Assembly: GCF_000737315.1 (NCBI RefSeq)
Contig: NZ_JMCB01000006.1
Location: 20,001-268,000 of the forward strand
Direction: 5' to 3'
DNA length: 248,000 nt
DNA from: Hyalangium minutum
GTDB taxonomy: Bacteria > Myxococcota > Myxococcia > Myxococcales > Myxococcaceae
The notes under the pieces: generated by a model
Told to the model about the DNA's origin: nothing
The model's database searches: none
What the model saw: only the letters and a program-made list of their open reading frames with translations
Shown here: in pieces, positions 239,386 to 248,000 of the stretch
Numbering within the stretch: position 1 is the first letter of the stretch
How the letters are laid out: every line of letters starts with the position of its first letter
Program-made: the position numbers and the translations under genes

Positions 239386-240711
239386 ATGAGCCTGGACGTC
239401 CCATTCCTGCGCAGCTTCTTTCGAGCTGTCACCGATCGGCCCATCGAGTTCGATGATGGAGAGCCGTCTACCTACGTGCGGCTCTACGACTCGCCCGCGC
239501 TGGCACCACACGATCCAGTGGAGATGTTGGCTCGGCCCATCGAGTTCGCGCTCGGAAGCAGTGTCCAGCTCTTCTCTGGCTTCCGCGGCTCGGGCAAGAG
239601 CACGGAACTGCGCCGACTCCGCCAGCGGTTGCTCCAGCAGGGTTACAAGGTCGTCCTCTGCGACATTGAGGACTACCTCAACCTCTCGCAGAATGTGGAC
239701 GTGAGCGACTTCCTCATGGCCCTGGCTGGAGCCTTTGGGGAAGGCCTGCGTGCACAAGGCTACCTGAGCGGCGATCCTGCCGAGGAGAACTACTGGGACC
239801 GGCTGGTCGTCTTCCTCAAGGACACGGAGATCCGCATTCCCGAGGTAGGCGCGGGCGGACTGCTCAAGGCCTCGCTCAAGAGCGATCCTTCATTCCGTCA
239901 GAAGCTTCAGGAGCGCATGGCAGGGCACCTGGGCGCGCTCGTTGAGAGCATCCGCACTTTTTTCTCCTCCTGCATCCAGCGCATCAAGAAGAAGTTCGGC
240001 CAAGACACCGAGGTCGTCCTCCTCGTCGACTCGATGGAGCACATCCGAGGAACCTCCACCAACGCCGTGGGCGTGCAGGACTCGGTGATCAACCTTTTCA
240101 CAAGTCACAGCGACAAGCTCCAGTTCGCCGACCTGCATGTCGTCTACACCATCCCGCCCTACCTCAAGGTCCTGTACCAGAACCTCGGGACCCTCTACGC
240201 GCCGGGTGGTGTCTTCGTGCTTCCCACCCTCAAGATCCGCAACAAGGAGGGCTCCGAGGTCTTCCAGCCGGGTCTCGACCTCATGGAAAAGCTCATCTCC
240301 CGCCGGGGCGACTGGCGCAAGCTGCTGGGCGACAACCGCCAGACGCTCGATGAGATCAGCAAGCTCTCGGGTGGGCACCTGCGTGACTTTCTCCGTCTCT
240401 TCGCCGAGATCATCCGCCGTGCGGACAAGCTACCTGTACCGGATGCCACCCTCCAGGCTGCGATTTCCCAAGTCCGCTCCGAGTTCCTCCCTATTGCGGA
240501 CAAGGACGCGATCTGGCTGTCGAAGATTGCCGCCACCCACAGCGTCGCTTTGCCTGACAACAAGGACCTGCACGATCTGGCGCGTTACCTCGATACCCAT
240601 CTGGCGCTCTGCTACCGGAACGGTGACGAGTGGTATGACGTGCATCCTCTGGTGCGCGATGTGGTGCTGAATCAGGCGAAAGCCCTGACACCGGCTCCCG
240701 CCAAGCCGTAG
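239386..240711 (+). CDS. P-loop (AAA+/STAND-like) ATPase
   Basis: GFRGSGKST, VLLVD, SGGHLRD, WYDVHPL. Confidence 0.85.
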   Translation: MSLDVPFLRSFFRAVTDRPIEFDDGEPSTYVRLYDSPALAPHDPVEMLARPIEFALGSSVQLFSGFRGSGKSTELRRLRQRLLQQGYKVVLCDIEDYLNLSQNVDVSDFLMALAGAFGEGLRAQGYLSGDPAEENYWDRLVVFLKDTEIRIPEVGAGGLLKASLKSDPSFRQKLQERMAGHLGALVESIRTFFSSCIQRIKKKFGQDTEVVLLVDSMEHIRGTSTNAVGVQDSVINLFTSHSDKLQFADLHVVYTIPPYLKVLYQNLGTLYAPGGVFVLPTLKIRNKEGSEVFQPGLDLMEKLISRRGDWRKLLGDNRQTLDEISKLSGGHLRDFLRLFAEIIRRADKLPVPDATLQAAISQVRSEFLPIADKDAIWLSKIAATHSVALPDNKDLHDLARYLDTHLALCYRNGDEWYDVHPLVRDVVLNQAKALTPAPAKP

Positions 240712-240728
240712 CGAGGAGCGGAGGCAAG

Positions 240729-243700
240729 ATGAGCCCCCCGTTCGAGGACGACCTGGGTCCATCAGGCGAGTTGGAGTGGGCTCGGCTGAAGCGGCAGGTG
240801 GAACTGGCCGAGGGATTCTGGCTCGGTTTCATCTTCGCCCCGAGCGCAAGGGCCACGGCGGCACTACGTCAGAGAACGGAGCGGTTACTTCGGGGACGAA
240901 CGCGCTCGCTCAGCTACTTTGCCCCGGCAGGCTCAGACGAGTTGCCGACAGTGCTGGCTTCACTACTCTCCAAGCCCGAGCATGCATCGGCTGGCGCGTG
241001 CTGGATCGAGGCATTGCAGGAGGATCCAGGGGATGGGTCCGCTCAGCCATGGCACGACTCCTGGCTGGAGTTGGTATCACGCATGAACGAGCGCCGGGAT
241101 GCCATTCGGCGGCACCTCGGCGGCGGACTCATCCTGGTGTCGTCTCCACGGATGAAGCCGCTGTTTCGCGAAGCTGCCTCTGATCTATGGGCGATCAGGG
241201 CGCTGGTCATCGAGTTCCAGCCCGGAGAGCAGCTCGCTCATGAATCACATGAGCCCAGGCACTCACTTTGGGAGTCTCAAACGCCGCCCGAGTGGACACT
241301 GGCGACGAAGGACCTCGCTTACATCCTGGCAGAGACGGGGAGGCTTTTAGCCAAGCCACATGCACGTGAGACGCCCCAGGCGATCGATGTCCTAGTACGG
241401 AGAGCTGCTGCTTTGACCGCCGCAGGCGAGACGGGAGAGGCCCTACAAGACGCGCGGCAAGCCATGAACCTCTTGCGACGCCATCAAGGCCGTGTTTCCA
241501 CACAACAACAGGTGGCTGTGCTGGAAACGCTCGCGCGAGCCGAAAAGGCCCATGGAGACCTGGATGCCGCTGCAGATCATTTCAGCAGAGCTGCGAAGTT
241601 CCTGAAGCCAGCGAGCAACAGGCATCGACTTCTGTTGCTTGACGAAGTCGCGAGCATCTCGCGTGAGCGAGGAGATCTCAGCCTCGCGAGTGACACATAC
241701 ACCGAGGCCCTCGCCCTCAGCCGCCAGCTGCGCTCCTCCCTCGGCGATTCCCCCACTGCCTTGCGCGACCTCTCCGTCTCTCTCGAAAGGATGGGAGACG
241801 TGCGCCTCGACCTCGGCGACCTGAACGCTGCGGCTGCTGCCTACGAAGAATCCCTCGCCCTCAGACGCCAGCTGCGCTCCTCCCTCGGCGATTCCCCCAC
241901 TGCTTTGCGCGACCTCTCTGTCTCTCTCAATAAAGTGGGCGATGTGCGCCGCGACCTTAGCGACCTGAACGCTTCGGCCGCCGCCTACGAAGAATCCCTC
242001 GCCCTCAGACGCCAGTTGCGCTCCTCCCTCGGCGATTCCCCCACTGCCCTGCGCGACCTCTCCGTTTCTCTCACCAAGATGGGAGACGTGCGCCGCGACC
242101 TCGGCGACCTGAATGCTGCGGCCGCCGCTTACGAAGAATCCCTCGCCCTCTGCCGTCAACTGCGCTCCTCCCTCGGCGATTCCCCCGCTGCCCTGCGCGA
242201 CCTCTCCGTCTCTCTTACCAAGATGGGAGACGCTCGCCGCGACCTCGGCGACCTGAATGTTGCGGCCGCCGCCTACGAAGAATCCCTCGCCCTCAGTCGC
242301 CACCTGCGCTCCTCCCTCAGCGATTCCCCCACTGCTCTGCGCGATCTCTCCATCTCTCTCAATGGAGTGGGAGACGTGCGCCGCGACCTCGGCGACCTGA
242401 ACGCTGCGGCCGCCGCTTACGAAGAATCCCTCGCCCTCTGCCGCCAGCTGCGCTCCTCCCTCGGCGATTCCCCCACTGCCTTGCGCGACCTCTCCGTCTC
242501 TCTCACCAGGGTGGGAGACGTGCGCCGCGACCTCGGCGACCTGAATGCTGCGACCGCGGCCTACGAGGAATTCCTCGCCCTCTGCCGCCAGCTGCGCTCC
242601 TCCCTCGGCGATTCCCCCGCTGCCCTGCGCGACCTCTCCGTCTCTCTCGAAAAGGTGGGCGACGCGCGCCTCGACCTCGGCGACCTGAACGCTGCGGCTG
242701 CTGCCTACGAAGAATCCCTCGCCCTCAGACGCCAGCTGCGCTCCTCCCTCGGCGATTCCCCCACTGCTTTGCGCGACCTCTCTGTCTCTCTCAATAAAGT
242801 GGGCGATGTGCGCCGCGACCTTAGCGACCTGAACGCTTCGGCCGCCGCTTACGAAGAATCCCTCGCCCTCTGCCGCCAGCTGCGCTCCTCCCTCGGCGAT
242901 TCCCCCGCTGCCCTGCGCGACCTCTCCGTTTCTCTCACCAAGATGGGAGACGTGCGCCGCGACCTCGGCGACCTGAATGCTGCGGCCGCCGCTTACGAAG
243001 AATCCCTCGCCCTCTGCCGCCAACTGCGCTCCTCCCTCGGCGATTCCCCCACTGCCTTACGCAACCTCTCCGTCTCTCTCACCAAGATGGGAGACGTGCG
243101 CCGCGACCTCGGCGACCTGAACGCTGCGGCTGCTGCCTACGAAGAATCCCTCGCCCTCTGCCGCCAGTTGCGTTCCTCCCTTGGCGATTCCCCCACTGCC
243201 TTGCGCGACCTCTCTGTCTCTCTCAATAAAGTGGGCGATGTGCGCCGCGACCTTAGCGACTTGAACGCTGCGGCCGCCGCCCACGAAGAATCCCTCGCCC
243301 TCAGACGCCAGTTGCGCTCCTCCCTCGGCGATTCCCCCACTGCCTTGCGCGACCTCTCCGTTTCTCTCACCAAGATGGGAGACGTGCGCCGCGACCTCGG
243401 CGACCTGAATGCTGCGGCCGCCGCTTACGAAGAAGCCCTCGCCCTCTGCCGTCAACTGCGCTCCTCCCTCGGCGATTCCCTCGCTGTCCTGCGCGACCTC
243501 TCCGTCTCTCTTACCAAGATGGGAGACGCTCGCCGCGACCTCGGCGACCTGAATGTTGCGGCCGCCGCCTACGAAGAATCCCTCGCCCTCAGTCGCCACC
243601 TGCGCTCCTCCCTCAGCGATTCCCTCACCGCTCTGCGCGATCTCTCCATCTCTTTCAATAGAGTGGGAGACGTGCGCCGCGACCTTAGCGACCTGAACGC

Positions 243701-244043
243701 TGCGGCCGCCGCTTACGAGGAATCCCTCGCCCTCTGCCGTCAGCTGCGCTCTTCCTGCGGCAATTCTCCCACCGCTCTGCGCGACCTCTCTGTCTCTCTT
243801 AACAAGGTGGGCGACGTGCGCCTTGACCTCGGCGACCTGAGCGCTGCGACTGCGGCCTTCGAGGAATCCCTCGCCCTCTGCCGTCAGCTGCGGTCCATCA
243901 TGGGCGACACTCCGGATATGCGCCACCTGCTTATCTACGTCCTCACCCAGCTAAGTGACACGCGGCAATCGATGGGAGAGGGGGAGGCCAGTCAGGCTGC
244001 TCTCCGCGAGGCCTCCTCGCTCAGGGCGTCTTCCGAGCAGTAA
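240729..244043 (+). CDS. TPR protein with degenerate NTPase-like N-domain and 15 highly conserved 48-aa repeats
   Basis: Repeat LRDLSVSLxxxGDVRRDLGDLNAAAAAYEESLALCRQLRSSLGDSPTA. Confidence 0.88.
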   Translation: MSPPFEDDLGPSGELEWARLKRQVELAEGFWLGFIFAPSARATAALRQRTERLLRGRTRSLSYFAPAGSDELPTVLASLLSKPEHASAGACWIEALQEDPGDGSAQPWHDSWLELVSRMNERRDAIRRHLGGGLILVSSPRMKPLFREAASDLWAIRALVIEFQPGEQLAHESHEPRHSLWESQTPPEWTLATKDLAYILAETGRLLAKPHARETPQAIDVLVRRAAALTAAGETGEALQDARQAMNLLRRHQGRVSTQQQVAVLETLARAEKAHGDLDAAADHFSRAAKFLKPASNRHRLLLLDEVASISRERGDLSLASDTYTEALALSRQLRSSLGDSPTALRDLSVSLERMGDVRLDLGDLNAAAAAYEESLALRRQLRSSLGDSPTALRDLSVSLNKVGDVRRDLSDLNASAAAYEESLALRRQLRSSLGDSPTALRDLSVSLTKMGDVRRDLGDLNAAAAAYEESLALCRQLRSSLGDSPAALRDLSVSLTKMGDARRDLGDLNVAAAAYEESLALSRHLRSSLSDSPTALRDLSISLNGVGDVRRDLGDLNAAAAAYEESLALCRQLRSSLGDSPTALRDLSVSLTRVGDVRRDLGDLNAATAAYEEFLALCRQLRSSLGDSPAALRDLSVSLEKVGDARLDLGDLNAAAAAYEESLALRRQLRSSLGDSPTALRDLSVSLNKVGDVRRDLSDLNASAAAYEESLALCRQLRSSLGDSPAALRDLSVSLTKMGDVRRDLGDLNAAAAAYEESLALCRQLRSSLGDSPTALRNLSVSLTKMGDVRRDLGDLNAAAAAYEESLALCRQLRSSLGDSPTALRDLSVSLNKVGDVRRDLSDLNAAAAAHEESLALRRQLRSSLGDSPTALRDLSVSLTKMGDVRRDLGDLNAAAAAYEEALALCRQLRSSLGDSLAVLRDLSVSLTKMGDARRDLGDLNVAAAAYEESLALSRHLRSSLSDSLTALRDLSISFNRVGDVRRDLSDLNAAAAAYEESLALCRQLRSSCGNSPTALRDLSVSLNKVGDVRLDLGDLSAATAAFEESLALCRQLRSIMGDTPDMRHLLIYVLTQLSDTRQSMGEGEASQAALREASSLRASSEQ
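241708..243900 (+). repeat. 144-bp coding tandem repeat array (15 units)
   Basis: ccctcgccctc anchor recurs every 144 bp from 241708. Confidence 0.92.
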
Positions 244044-244122
244044 TTCTCGCTCGCCCTGCCACTCGCTTGAGCAAAAATGTGGGGTAAATCGCTAGGGTCT
244101 CCTCAAATCGCCTTAACCCGCC

Positions 244123-245862
244123 CTACTCTTGGCGGCGGCGGCGCGCAGCGCCCAGGACCAGCACCAGCGTCAAGGCGCCTACTCCTGCCCCGGGCGAAGC
244201 TCCGCACCCGCAGCCCACCTCGAACACCGAAGGTGACGTCACTCCGCCGGTTGAGGACGCTGTCACATCGAAGCGGTTGGGCGTGGACTGTAGGCTGTAG
244301 GACCCCAGTTCCTCCGCCGAGGCCCACAGTTCATGTGCACCTTCGGCGAGATCCGCGGGCACGTCGTACACAAAGGCCCCCGTGCTGTCCGCTGTCACCT
244401 GCGCATACTCCGTCCCCTCCAGGAACAGATGAACGGAGACTCCCGGTTGCGCAGTGCCTTCGATGCGAGGCTTCCGCGCCACGCCCGTGGCACCATTCGC
244501 GGGCTGGGTCAGCACGGGCGCCGAGGGCACTCGGAAAGGCTGTGAGTACGTGGTCTCGGAACCGTAGGCGGCACCGGAATCGATCGTGCTCGGGCCCGCC
244601 CCAAAGGGGCCACCGGCCGCCGTCGACTGGCCGGGATAGCCCGCGACCACCGAGACCTTGCACGCGATGAACTCGCCCTGCAGCAGGACGACGCCACCGC
244701 CACCGCCTCCGCCAGGCCCCGATTCATTCGTCACGTTGCGGGTGTCTCCGCCCGCTCCGCCCGAGGCCTGCACGAGACCACACGTCAGCGTCCGCTCGGC
244801 GCGCAGGGAGATGGCACCGCCCGCACCTCCACCTCCCGCACCGTCATCGCCCGCGGAGGCTACATAGTCCGCGGAGGCGCCCATGGCGCTGAACCGGCCT
244901 GTCCCCACCACATCTCTCGCACGGATGAGAACCACCCCACCGCCCGCCGCCCCTGGAGTGCCTACATCCACATGGCCGCTTCCGCCCCCGCCTCCGCCTC
245001 CAAAGACGAGGCGCTCGTAGGGCAGATAGACCAGGGGAGCACCTCCCAGCCCTCCCACGTCATCCGGCTGCGGCAGCCGTCCGAGAGAGTACCCTCCCTG
245101 GCCTCCCGCCCCCGAGTGGCCTCCGCCTCCTCCGCCCGAGCTGTGGCAGTTGCCCGCCCCGCCCGCGTTGGCCAGGTTCCCCCGTCCCCCCGCGATACCG
245201 AAGCGCCCAGCCACCAGCCCCTCTCCTTTATAGGAGCTGCCCACCCCCGGAGCCTCATCGAGCGCCGTGCAACCTTCGCCTGCCAGGTGGTTGATGAACG
245301 CGCCGCCACGGAAGCCCGCGCCATCGGCGCCGATGAGCCCTCCATTGGTCAGCGTGCCCGTGGCCATCAGCGCCAGGATGCCACCCGCGCTCCCATTCCA
245401 GGGCACTGCCTTCAGCGAGCCGTCCTCGACCACCAAAACATCCGTGTACTCGGGCACGTTCACCACTTGGGCCGCGCTGGCCGCATAGCTCCTCTGCAGC
245501 GGCGCGGTCAGCCGCAGCGAGGCCTCTGTCGCCGCCTCCACCCGTGCGTATTCGAACCGTCCCACCGGACTGGCTTCGAGCGGGATGGCCGCTGCATCTC
245601 CCGAGGCCGGTGCGGGCAGCAGGCCCGTGGACTGATGCACGAGCACCAGCTCGCCCGCCTTGAAGGCTCCCGCGTTGGAGATCGTCAGCTCCTTCGTTCC
245701 AGCCGCCGCGTTCGCGGTGAGCGCTCCCACGTGGTTGATGACCCTGTTCGGGCTCAACACCTGCAACACGCCATCCCGGCCGGTACCGAGCCCGAAGGTG
245801 TCCGGCTCGGCCAGCGCACCACCCGCAAGGAGCCATCCAGCCAAGAAAAGGGGGATTCGCAT
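244123..245862 (-). CDS. AgmC-like Gly-rich surface protein with Ig domain and MYXO-CTERM tail
   Basis: Signal peptide; GGGGG tracts; VGCGCGAS-TM-RRRR C-terminus. Confidence 0.75.
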   Translation of the reverse strand: MRIPLFLAGWLLAGGALAEPDTFGLGTGRDGVLQVLSPNRVINHVGALTANAAAGTKELTISNAGAFKAGELVLVHQSTGLLPAPASGDAAAIPLEASPVGRFEYARVEAATEASLRLTAPLQRSYAASAAQVVNVPEYTDVLVVEDGSLKAVPWNGSAGGILALMATGTLTNGGLIGADGAGFRGGAFINHLAGEGCTALDEAPGVGSSYKGEGLVAGRFGIAGGRGNLANAGGAGNCHSSGGGGGGHSGAGGQGGYSLGRLPQPDDVGGLGGAPLVYLPYERLVFGGGGGGGSGHVDVGTPGAAGGGVVLIRARDVVGTGRFSAMGASADYVASAGDDGAGGGGAGGAISLRAERTLTCGLVQASGGAGGDTRNVTNESGPGGGGGGGVVLLQGEFIACKVSVVAGYPGQSTAAGGPFGAGPSTIDSGAAYGSETTYSQPFRVPSAPVLTQPANGATGVARKPRIEGTAQPGVSVHLFLEGTEYAQVTADSTGAFVYDVPADLAEGAHELWASAEELGSYSLQSTPNRFDVTASSTGGVTSPSVFEVGCGCGASPGAGVGALTLVLVLGAARRRRQE

Positions 245863-245906
245863 GAGGCGATGGTGCCTCAGCGCACCGAGACCGGTCGAGT
245901 CTCTGC

Positions 245907-246443
245907 TCAGCCGACGCGCCGCACGATGAACTCGCAGTAGGGGGCCCCGTCGTGCATACACTGCTTCTCCTTCACGTCCGCGCGTTGCCCCAGCGCAAGA
246001 GCCAGCCCTCGCACGAGGCCGATGCCCATCCCGCACATCTTCCGGGGCGAGGCGTACACGACACGCACTGTGGAGGCATCCACGCGGTGGCAATCCAATC
246101 GGGACGGCTGGGCGTGCGGATCCTTGCGTACCTTCTCGTGGATGCGCTCGACGTTCTCGACCACTTCGAGGATGCCCCACCCGGGCTGGATGACTCCCCG
246201 GTAGATCTTCATGAGCCCGGGGACGATGAACTCACCGAAGTCCTCGAGTAGGAACCTCACGGAGCGCCCCATCACCCGCGAGGCCGCGTGGACGAGCGCT
246301 CCCACCTCTTCATCCGGGTAGCTCTGGAAGGCCAAGTAGATCCGCGAGGGGAGCTTCGCCTCTTTGACGAGCGTCTCCCAGCCCTGCTCGCCCATGCGCT
246401 CCTGCGCATAGGTGCGGAGCTGGTTGAAGATGATGCCGTGCAT
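245907..246443 (-). CDS. Heme NO-binding (H-NOX/HNOB) protein
   Basis: MHGIIF, YPDEE, FGEF, proximal IH, YASPR (YxSxR). Confidence 0.88.
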   Translation of the reverse strand: MHGIIFNQLRTYAQERMGEQGWETLVKEAKLPSRIYLAFQSYPDEEVGALVHAASRVMGRSVRFLLEDFGEFIVPGLMKIYRGVIQPGWGILEVVENVERIHEKVRKDPHAQPSRLDCHRVDASTVRVVYASPRKMCGMGIGLVRGLALALGQRADVKEKQCMHDGAPYCEFIVRRVG

Positions 246444-246531
246444 ATGCCTGCCTTGTTCGACCCCGCAGGGTTCGAGGCGCGCCCTACCCGCTCACGCCTG
246501 CCCCATCTTCCCACGGGGCTCGGAGCAGCCG

Positions 246532-247032
246532 TCAGGCACTCTCTGTGAGGCTCTGGAGGGACCGCGCGTTCATAGGAGCGAAGAAGGGCTGGCGCAGCAG
246601 CCGGGACACCGAGCGCTTGTCCACGCACAGCAACTGGAGCGAGTCCGCCCACTCGCCGAGCACGGCGATGGCGCGCACGTCCGGCGCCTCGCGGTAGAGA
246701 TCATTCAGGTTGTGCACCAGCGCGCTCAGGTCCTCCACCTCCCAGCGCTCGGTGAGTTCGCCCACCAGCACGTGCAGTTCCAGCGTGCCGCGCTCGCGGA
246801 CATCCACGAGCTTGAAGCTCCGGGCCGCGCCGCCCATGGCCAGCGTGAGTGGACCGACGAGCTCATCCGGGCGGACGCCCAACGCCACCGAGAGGCCTCC
246901 GTGAAGCAGGCCCGCGTCACACAGGCGCAGGAGCGCCACGTGCGGAGGCTCGCCTGGGACGATGACCTCGGCGGCGGCCGAGCGGTCCTTCAAGAGGCGC
247001 TCTCGGGCGAGTGTGTCGATCTGGGAGGCCAT
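246532..247032 (-). CDS. Hypothetical protein
   Basis: LVHNLNDL...LGEW.D conserved-looking ORF. Confidence 0.55.
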   Translation of the reverse strand: MASQIDTLARERLLKDRSAAAEVIVPGEPPHVALLRLCDAGLLHGGLSVALGVRPDELVGPLTLAMGGAARSFKLVDVRERGTLELHVLVGELTERWEVEDLSALVHNLNDLYREAPDVRAIAVLGEWADSLQLLCVDKRSVSRLLRQPFFAPMNARSLQSLTESA

Positions 247033-247210
247033 GGCACGCACCCTACCGCTCTCGCGCTCACAAGGGGGGCGCGACGAGCGTAGGAGCCTCCAGCAGCCGA
247101 CACACCCTGGCGGCGCAGGGCTCCGTGCTGCTCCAGGAATCCACCTCGGGGGTTCATCTCGACAGTTCATCGAGTCGAGTCGAGAATCCCTCCCAAGGAG
247201 CACTGAGGAC

Positions 247211-248000
247211 ATGGTGAAGCGGAGAGATGGCCGTTCTCAATCTCGATTCAGCGATCGACATGAGGATCTGCTGACAGCCGCCGAAGCGGCGGAGCTGCTG
247301 GGGGTGAAGCGGGCAACGCTCTACACCTATGTGAGCCGTGGGCTCGTGCGCTGTGTCCCCGAAGCGGGCACCAAGGAGAACCGCTACGTCCGCATGGACC
247401 TGGAGCGGCTGAAGACCCGGCATGATGCACGGGCGGGCCATGCGGCAGTGGCCTCGGCAGCCCTGCGCTGGGGTGAGCCGGTGATCGACTCCTCCATCTC
247501 CCGCATCAGCCCGGAGGGGCTGGAGTACCGCAAGCACCTGGCGGTGGAGCTGGCGGTGCAGGGATGTTCCTTCGAGCAGGTGGCGGAGCTGCTGTGGACG
247601 GGTGAGCTGCCCTCCGCACCCGTCCGCTGGCCCGCGCTGGAGCTGCCCTTCCCCCCTTCTTCGATCTTGGGGCTGCTGCCACGGGACGCTCCACCCCTCA
247701 CGGCCTTGTCAGCCCTGGTGCCACTGCTGGGAGCTTCGGACGCGGCGCGCTTCGCCTCACCCCCCGAGCAGGAGCGGCTGCGAGCCCGGCGTCTCTTGCG
247801 CCATCTGGGAGCCTGGGTGGGCGGAGTCCGAGGCGCCTCGCGAGTCGCCCAGGCGTTGAAGGAAGACACTGTGGCGGCCTCTCTGGCACGCGCGTGGGGC
247901 GTGGAGGTGAAGAAGGCAGCGGGGCCGCTGGACCGGGCGCTGGTGCTGTGCGCGGACCACGAGCTGAACGTGTCGGCCTTCACGGCGCGCGTGGTGGCCT
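247211..248000 (+). CDS. HTH-citrate synthase family protein (truncated by the window end)
   Basis: Hand translation: LTAAEAAELLGVKRATLYTYVSRG HTH, then LEYR and LVLCADHELN. Confidence 0.85.
   Translation, partial: MVKRRDGRSQSRFSDRHEDLLTAAEAAELLGVKRATLYTYVSRGLVRCVPEAGTKENRYVRMDLERLKTRHDARAGHAAVASAALRWGEPVIDSSISRISPEGLEYRKHLAVELAVQGCSFEQVAELLWTGELPSAPVRWPALELPFPPSSILGLLPRDAPPLTALSALVPLLGASDAARFASPPEQERLRARRLLRHLGAWVGGVRGASRVAQALKEDTVAASLARAWGVEVKKAAGPLDRALVLCADHELNVSAFTARVVA

Noticed and set aside
241708-243900. Possible CRISPR array or non-coding satellite
   Set aside because: Units are 144 bp, contiguous, in frame within a CDS, with no unique spacers and no cas genes

Overview
High-GC chromosomal window from a myxobacterium, most like Archangiaceae/Cystobacterineae (Hyalangium/Stigmatella/Archangium); the taxon is inferred from gene content. 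It is densely coding, with about 175 supportable CDS. I found no rRNA, tRNA, CRISPR array, transposase or integrase by eye. Recognisable blocks: (1) a secreted transglutaminase-like-RHS toxin with a giant CARDB/FG-GAP partner and a putative immunity gene (5.8-21 kb); (2) a yfaP/T/A/S/Q-type alpha-2-macroglobulin operon; (3) a DNA topoisomerase III-RecQ fusion; (4) a compact Wzx/Wzy EPS locus matching M. xanthus epsZ-epsA; (5) many histidine kinases, receivers and Ser/Thr kinases; (6) a SitA6/SitI6 toxin-immunity pair flanked by duplicated REC-GAF-PAS genes; (7) a PaoABC-type molybdoenzyme; (8) a class I terpene synthase next to a phosphorelay and a LuxI/FeeM-like-cNMP fusion; (9) an inositol-lipid/sphingolipid cluster; (10) a second, signal-less thioester A2M-like protein; (11) a toxin gene frameshifted by a 4-bp duplication; (12) a PilT with a long Pro/Ala repeat insert; (13) a P-loop ATPase paired with a TPR protein of 15 near-identical 144-bp repeats carrying a variable triad. 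Block 13 is the best candidate for an undescribed NLR-like or diversifying receptor system. All family calls come from motif recognition without database searches, and many start codons are best estimates.
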